A stretch of DNA of 60,656 nucleotides, taken from NCBI GenBank assembly GCA_033854515.1, contig JAWOJY010000033.1:1-60656 (forward strand). Direction: 5' to 3'. This document shows positions 56,884-60,656 of this stretch, in pieces; the stretch's first letter is position 1, and every line of letters begins with the position of its first letter. Made by a program: the position numbers and the translations under genes. Source of the stretch: Nitrospirota bacterium (GTDB taxonomy: Bacteria > Nitrospirota > UBA9217). Under the pieces are notes generated by a model. It worked only from the letters and a program-made list of their open reading frames with translations. It was not told the origin of the DNA and did not search any database.

Positions 56884-57921
56884 ATGAGCCTGAAGATTTT
56901 GATCCTGGGAGTAAACGGCTTTATCGGGAACAGCCTCACCGAGCATATCCTCGAGCGCAAAGACTGGGAAGTCTATGGCATGGACATGGCCTACGACAAG
57001 CTCGACCAGTGCCTCGGACACGAGCGGTTCCATTTTGTGGAAGGGGATATCACGATCAACAGGGAGTGGATAGAATATCACGTCAAAAAATGCGACGCGG
57101 TCATTCCGCTGGTGGCCATTGCTACGCCGGCAACCTACGTACTTGATCCCCTGCGCGTATTCGAGCTGGATTTCGAGGCCAATCTCGACATCGTGCGCAA
57201 GTGCGTACGCTACAAGAAACGGGTCCTCTTCCCGTCTACGTCGGAAGTGTACGGCATGAGCACGGACAATGAATTCGATGAAGAAACGTCGAACCTCGTG
57301 CTCGGTCCGATCAACAAGCCGCGCTGGATATACTCCTGCTCCAAGCAGCTCTTGGACCGCGTGATCCATGCCTACGGCGCGAAGGAAGGACTGCGGTACA
57401 CGCTCTTCCGGCCCTTCAACTGGATCGGCCCCAAGCTCGACAACATTCTCGAACCCAAGGAAGGCAGCTCGCGCGTGCTCACACAGTTCATCGGCAACAT
57501 CCTGCGCGGCAAGGACATCCATCTCGTGGACGGCGGCGCCCAGCGGCGGAGCTTCACCTATATTGATGACGGCATCGACGCGCTCATCCGCATTATCGAG
57601 GACACGGACGGCGCCGCCAACGGCCGTATCTTCAACATCGGGAATCCGGCGAATGACGTGTCGATACGTGAGTTGGCTGAAACGCTGATCGCGATCATCA
57701 AGACTTATCCCGCATACTCGAAGCTTGCCGAGAACGTCAAGCTGGTGACCGTAAAATCCAGAGAGTATTACGGTGAAGGCTACCAGGACATCCTGACACG
57801 GGTACCCTCCATCAAAAACGCGGAAAAATATCTCGGATGGAGACCTACCACGGACCTTAAGACTGCGCTTCGCAAGACACTCGATTATCACCTCGGCCGG
57901 CCGTCGCAGGAACTGGAATAA
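56884..57921 (+). CDS. arnA: UDP-glucuronate C4''-oxidative decarboxylase (ArnA C-terminal-domain homologue as a separate protein)
   Basis: ILILGVNGFIGNSLTEHILERKDWEVYGMDM parallels E. coli ArnA residues after about 315. Also STSEVYG and YSCSKQLLDR (the SDR YxxxK). GGAG lies 7 nt upstream. Confidence 0.85.
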   Translation: MSLKILILGVNGFIGNSLTEHILERKDWEVYGMDMAYDKLDQCLGHERFHFVEGDITINREWIEYHVKKCDAVIPLVAIATPATYVLDPLRVFELDFEANLDIVRKCVRYKKRVLFPSTSEVYGMSTDNEFDEETSNLVLGPINKPRWIYSCSKQLLDRVIHAYGAKEGLRYTLFRPFNWIGPKLDNILEPKEGSSRVLTQFIGNILRGKDIHLVDGGAQRRSFTYIDDGIDALIRIIEDTDGAANGRIFNIGNPANDVSIRELAETLIAIIKTYPAYSKLAENVKLVTVKSREYYGEGYQDILTRVPSIKNAEKYLGWRPTTDLKTALRKTLDYHLGRPSQELE

Positions 57922-57924
57922 ATC

Positions 57925-57998
57925 AGTTCAAAGTTCATGGTTCGGAGTTCGCAGTAAAATCTTTTGCTCCGAACTCTGAACTCTGAACTCTGAACTAT
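57925..57998. repeat. Inverted arrays of a 7-nt repeat forming a 23-bp imperfect hairpin; the arnD ATG lies inside the last unit
   Basis: AGTTCAA AGTTCAT GGTTCGG AG (57925-57947) faces CTCC GAACTCT GAACTCT GAACTCT GAACTAT (57967-57998). That gives 20 Watson-Crick pairs, 1 G-U and 2 mismatches, with a 19-nt loop. Confidence 0.8.
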
Positions 57999-58905
57999 GT
58001 CTTTTACCCTCGCCATCAAAGTTGACGTTGACACCGACCGCGGGACGCGCGTCGGCGTTCCGAACCTCGTTGCGCTGTTCAATGAGTTCGGCGTCAAAGT
58101 CACTTTCCTGTTCGCCCTCGGCCCCGACACCACGGGCCGCGCGATCAAGCGCATCTTCCGTCCCGGTTTTTTCAACAAGGTAAGCCGCACGAGCGTCATT
58201 TCCACCTACGGCATCCGTACCCTGTTAAACGGCACTCTCCTGCCGCCTCCGCACGTGGGCCGTAGAAACGAAGCCGTGATGCGGGCCGCGCGGGACAGCG
58301 GCCACGAAGCCGGCATCCACTGTTACGACCATATCCGGTGGCAGGACGGCCTCGCAAATATGACGCGAGACGGGGTGTTCGAGGAATTCGGCAAGGCGAG
58401 ACGCGAGTTCGAGCGGATATTCGGAGAGCCGGCAAAGACTGCAGGGGCGGCAGGCTGGCAGGCCAATGCGTTCAGCCTCGCCGTGTACGACGACGCCGGA
58501 CTTCTCTATGCCAGCGACGCGCGGGGCGCGCACCCATTCTATCCCCGCGTGGGCAACAGAGTATTCAGGACCCTCCAGATACCGACGACCCTGCCCACGC
58601 TCGACGAACTGCTCGGCCGCCCCGAATATCCCGAAGAACGAATCGTGGACCATTACTTTTCCTTGCTTCAGACAGGCATATCTAACGTGCTCACAATTCA
58701 CGCGGAAATCGAGGGCATGAAAAAACTCGATTACTTCCGTTCCTTTCTGCAGCAGGCGCGGACGCGGGGCGTACAAATCCTGCGAATGGACGACCTGGCG
58801 CGGGAACTGCTGAAGGATGCCGCCTCTCTCCCGGTATGCGACCTTGTTTCCGGAACTATCGACGGCCGCTCGGGGACGCTTGCGATGCAAAGATGCCGGG
58901 GCTGA
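57997..58905 (+). CDS. arnD: 4-deoxy-4-formamido-L-arabinose-phosphoundecaprenol deformylase
   Basis: MSFTLAIKVDVDTDRGTRVGVPNLVALFNEFGVKVTFLFALGPD is collinear with the E. coli ArnD N-terminus (polysaccharide deacetylase fold). Confidence 0.85.
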   Translation: MSFTLAIKVDVDTDRGTRVGVPNLVALFNEFGVKVTFLFALGPDTTGRAIKRIFRPGFFNKVSRTSVISTYGIRTLLNGTLLPPPHVGRRNEAVMRAARDSGHEAGIHCYDHIRWQDGLANMTRDGVFEEFGKARREFERIFGEPAKTAGAAGWQANAFSLAVYDDAGLLYASDARGAHPFYPRVGNRVFRTLQIPTTLPTLDELLGRPEYPEERIVDHYFSLLQTGISNVLTIHAEIEGMKKLDYFRSFLQQARTRGVQILRMDDLARELLKDAASLPVCDLVSGTIDGRSGTLAMQRCRG

Positions 58906-58989
58906 CACAAGGCCGCCGGATCTTACTCTGTCTTTCGGCAGAGGGCTGCTCATTTTCAAGTAACTCACCGGAAAATATGCATATTTTTT

Positions 58990-59018
58990 TTGACAATCCG
59001 CTCATATTCCATTATATT
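58990..59018 (+). promoter_or_regulatory. Candidate sigma-70 promoter for mtnA
   Basis: TTGACA (58990-58995), a 17-nt spacer, then TATATT (59013-59018), about 50 nt upstream of the ATG at 59070. GGGGGAG Shine-Dalgarno before the start. Confidence 0.5.
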
Positions 59019-59069
59019 TAAGTCAGCCAGTTCACTCACCTTTTATCATATCTTGGGGGAGACTTTTCA

Positions 59070-60131
59070 ATGATACCGACGGTTGAATGGAAAAACGGCA
59101 TCGTCAGGATGCTGGACCAGACAAAACTGCCTCTCGAAACTGTATACAATGAGTGCAAGGACTACGAGACGGTGGCGCGCGGCATTAAAGAGTTGTGGGT
59201 TCGGGGCGCGCCCGCCATCGGCGTATCAGCGGCCATGGGACTCGCGCTCGGCGCCCGACAGATCAATGCGGAGACGTTCGACGATTTCTGGCCCAGGTTC
59301 GAGGAGATATGTTCCTACATGGCATCCACCCGTCCCACGGCGGTAAACCTCTTCTGGGCCATCGAGCGGATCAAGAAGTTTGTGCTCAGCAATAAGGACA
59401 AGGGGCTCGACGCCATTCGCAGCATGCTCGTCGAGGAGTCGCAGCGCATGGTGGACGAAGACATAGAAACGAACAAGAAGATCGGCGGCTATGGGGCCGT
59501 GTTCGTGTCCGACGACGACAACATCATCACCCACTGCAACGCCGGCGCCATCGCTACTGCGGGCTACGGGACCGCCGAAGGGGTCATGCGCGCAGCGGTT
59601 GAGGAAGGAAAGAAGATACACGTGTACGTGGACGAGACCAGGCCCGTGCTCCAGGGCGCGCGCCTTACCGCGTGGGAGCTCATGCAGGAGAACATCCCCT
59701 GCACCCTGATCACGGACAATATGGCGGGGTATTTCATGTACCACGACATGATCGACGTGGCGATCGTCGGCGCCGACCGCATCGCCGCGAACGGCGATGT
59801 AGCGAACAAAATCGGGACTTACAGTCTCGCCGTCCTCTGCAAGGAGCACGGCATCCCCTTCTACGTGGCGGCTCCGCTGTCCACAATCGATTTCACCATG
59901 GAATCGGGCTATCTCATACCCATAGAAGAGCGCAACCCCCGCGAGGTGACCCACATCCTCGACAAGGTCCAGATAGCGCCGGACGGCGTCAAAGCGGCCA
60001 ACCCGGCGTTCGACGTGACCCCCGCCCGCTACATCGCTGCAATCATTACGGAAAAGGGCGCGTTCCATCCGAAGGACATTCACAAGCTTGCCGACGACAA
60101 AACCGATCCTGAAGCGATAAGAATAAAATAA
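59070..60131 (+). CDS. mtnA: S-methyl-5-thioribose-1-phosphate isomerase (eIF-2B alpha/beta/delta family)
   Basis: [48 protein letters not shown] and [18 protein letters not shown]. Confidence 0.9.
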   Translation: MIPTVEWKNGIVRMLDQTKLPLETVYNECKDYETVARGIKELWVRGAPAIGVSAAMGLALGARQINAETFDDFWPRFEEICSYMASTRPTAVNLFWAIERIKKFVLSNKDKGLDAIRSMLVEESQRMVDEDIETNKKIGGYGAVFVSDDDNIITHCNAGAIATAGYGTAEGVMRAAVEEGKKIHVYVDETRPVLQGARLTAWELMQENIPCTLITDNMAGYFMYHDMIDVAIVGADRIAANGDVANKIGTYSLAVLCKEHGIPFYVAAPLSTIDFTMESGYLIPIEERNPREVTHILDKVQIAPDGVKAANPAFDVTPARYIAAIITEKGAFHPKDIHKLADDKTDPEAIRIK

Positions 60132-60173
60132 GACGCACCGGACCTTCCAGCCACCATGAACCTGGAGAAAAGG

Positions 60174-60656
60174 AATGATCAAACAGACGGCTCTTTATCC
60201 AGTACATCTCAGACTGAAAGCAAAGATGGTTGATTTCCAGGGCTGGCAGATGCCGCTGCTGTACTCAGACACGCAGGAAGAATATCAGGCGGTGCGTTCG
60301 ACGGCGGGCCTTTTCGATGTCAGTCACCTCGGCAGGATAGAGGTGAGCGGAGCGGGAGCTGCCGCTCTCCTGCAAAAGGTCTTCACAAGGAACGTGGAAA
60401 AACTCGTCGAGGGCGCCGCAGCGTACGGGCTCATATGCAACGACGCCGGCTCCATCCTCGATGATGTGCTCCTCTACCGTCTGCCCGCGGAGCAGTCGCC
60501 GTCTTCGGCTTCACCGGCGGAACGCCGCTACCTCATCTCCACGAACGCGGCGAACACGGAGAATATCCTGGCCTGGCTCAAGCGGCACGCGGGGCAGGAC
60601 GTCCGGATCGCGGACACGACCCAGACGACCGTCCAGGTGGCGCTCCAGGGACCGCG
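60174..60656 (+). CDS. gcvT: Glycine cleavage system T protein (aminomethyltransferase), 5' partial at the window edge
   Basis: My own translation from the ATG at 60174 (after GGAGAAAAGGA): MIKQTALYPVHLRLKAKMVDFQGWQMPLLYSD..STAGLFDVSHLGRIEVSG. The frame stays open to the last base. It is not in the ORF track because no stop is present. Confidence 0.85.

Noticed and set aside
54719-57891. Three long minus-strand ORFs (54719..55717, 55599..56588, 56788..57891) opposite arnC and the two arnA genes
   Set aside because: The plus-strand frames align collinearly with E. coli ArnC and ArnA. The minus-strand translations are compositionally biased shadow ORFs.
57971-57998. Possibility that the short direct repeats are a CRISPR array
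   Set aside because: The units are 7 nt with no spacers, no cas genes are nearby, and total length is under 30 nt. This is a simple tandem repeat, not a CRISPR array.
60132-60173. Glycine riboswitch upstream of gcvT
   Set aside because: The spacer is only 42 nt, too short for even a single glycine aptamer.
59226-60182. 318-aa minus-strand ORF opposite mtnA
   Set aside because: It is a shadow of a gene with clear eIF-2B/MtnA motifs.

Overview
This is a 60.7-kb, gene-dense chromosomal window from a moderately GC-rich diderm bacterium: Lpt, Mla, an outer-membrane beta-barrel and an L-Ara4N lipid A pathway are all present. The taxon cannot be read from the sequence. The gene content (sigma-54/HprK/PTS cluster, split-Soret-like Tat redox protein, CbiMQO, many GT2/GT-C enzymes) resembles anaerobic Desulfobacterota/Nitrospirota-type genomes, but that is inference only. 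I support about 62 protein-coding genes, one of them partial (gcvT at the 3' edge). I recognised no rRNA, tRNA, CRISPR array, transposase, integrase or phage structural gene. Layout: (i) 0.3-7 kb holds a hypothetical membrane protein, glpD and a glycerophosphodiesterase. It then holds an uncharacterised plus-strand envelope cluster: a small Cys/His-rich peptide, a Tat-exported C_GCAxxG_C_C/CxxCH redox protein, an OM beta-barrel and a DUF2318 Cys4 lipoprotein. (ii) 7-19.5 kb holds a patatin-like lipase and a surface-glycan locus: rmlD-like reductase, wHTH regulator, two methyltransferases, Wzx flippase, five GT2 enzymes, DUF2304 and a GT-C enzyme. Its core is visibly AT-rich. (iii) 19.6-29 kb holds DUF2062, thiL, lon, galU, mlaD/F/E, alr and a Zn-ribbon peptide. 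(iv) 29-41.3 kb is one co-directional array: lptC-lptA-lptB-rpoN-hpf-ptsN-hprK-rapZ-EIIA/B/C/D(Man)-ptsH-ptsI-cobD. (v) 41.4-45.6 kb holds a TM-GAF-PAS sensor with no output domain, tightly linked to cbiMQO (no cbiN), plus a DUF360/holin-4-like protein. (vi) 45.8-49.1 kb holds aspC, an OmpA-like protein and a GAF-GGDEF cyclase. (vii) 49.2-58.9 kb holds a GT2, a TPR protein and an arn cluster in the order arnT-arnE/F-arnB-arnC-arnA(FT)-arnA(DH)-arnD. Two unusual structured repeat elements flank the split arnA(DH) gene. (viii) The window ends with mtnA and the start of gcvT. All genes from 15.9 to 45.7 kb lie on the minus strand. Every assignment rests on my reading of motifs in the supplied translations and the raw sequence. 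No database search or folding program was run.
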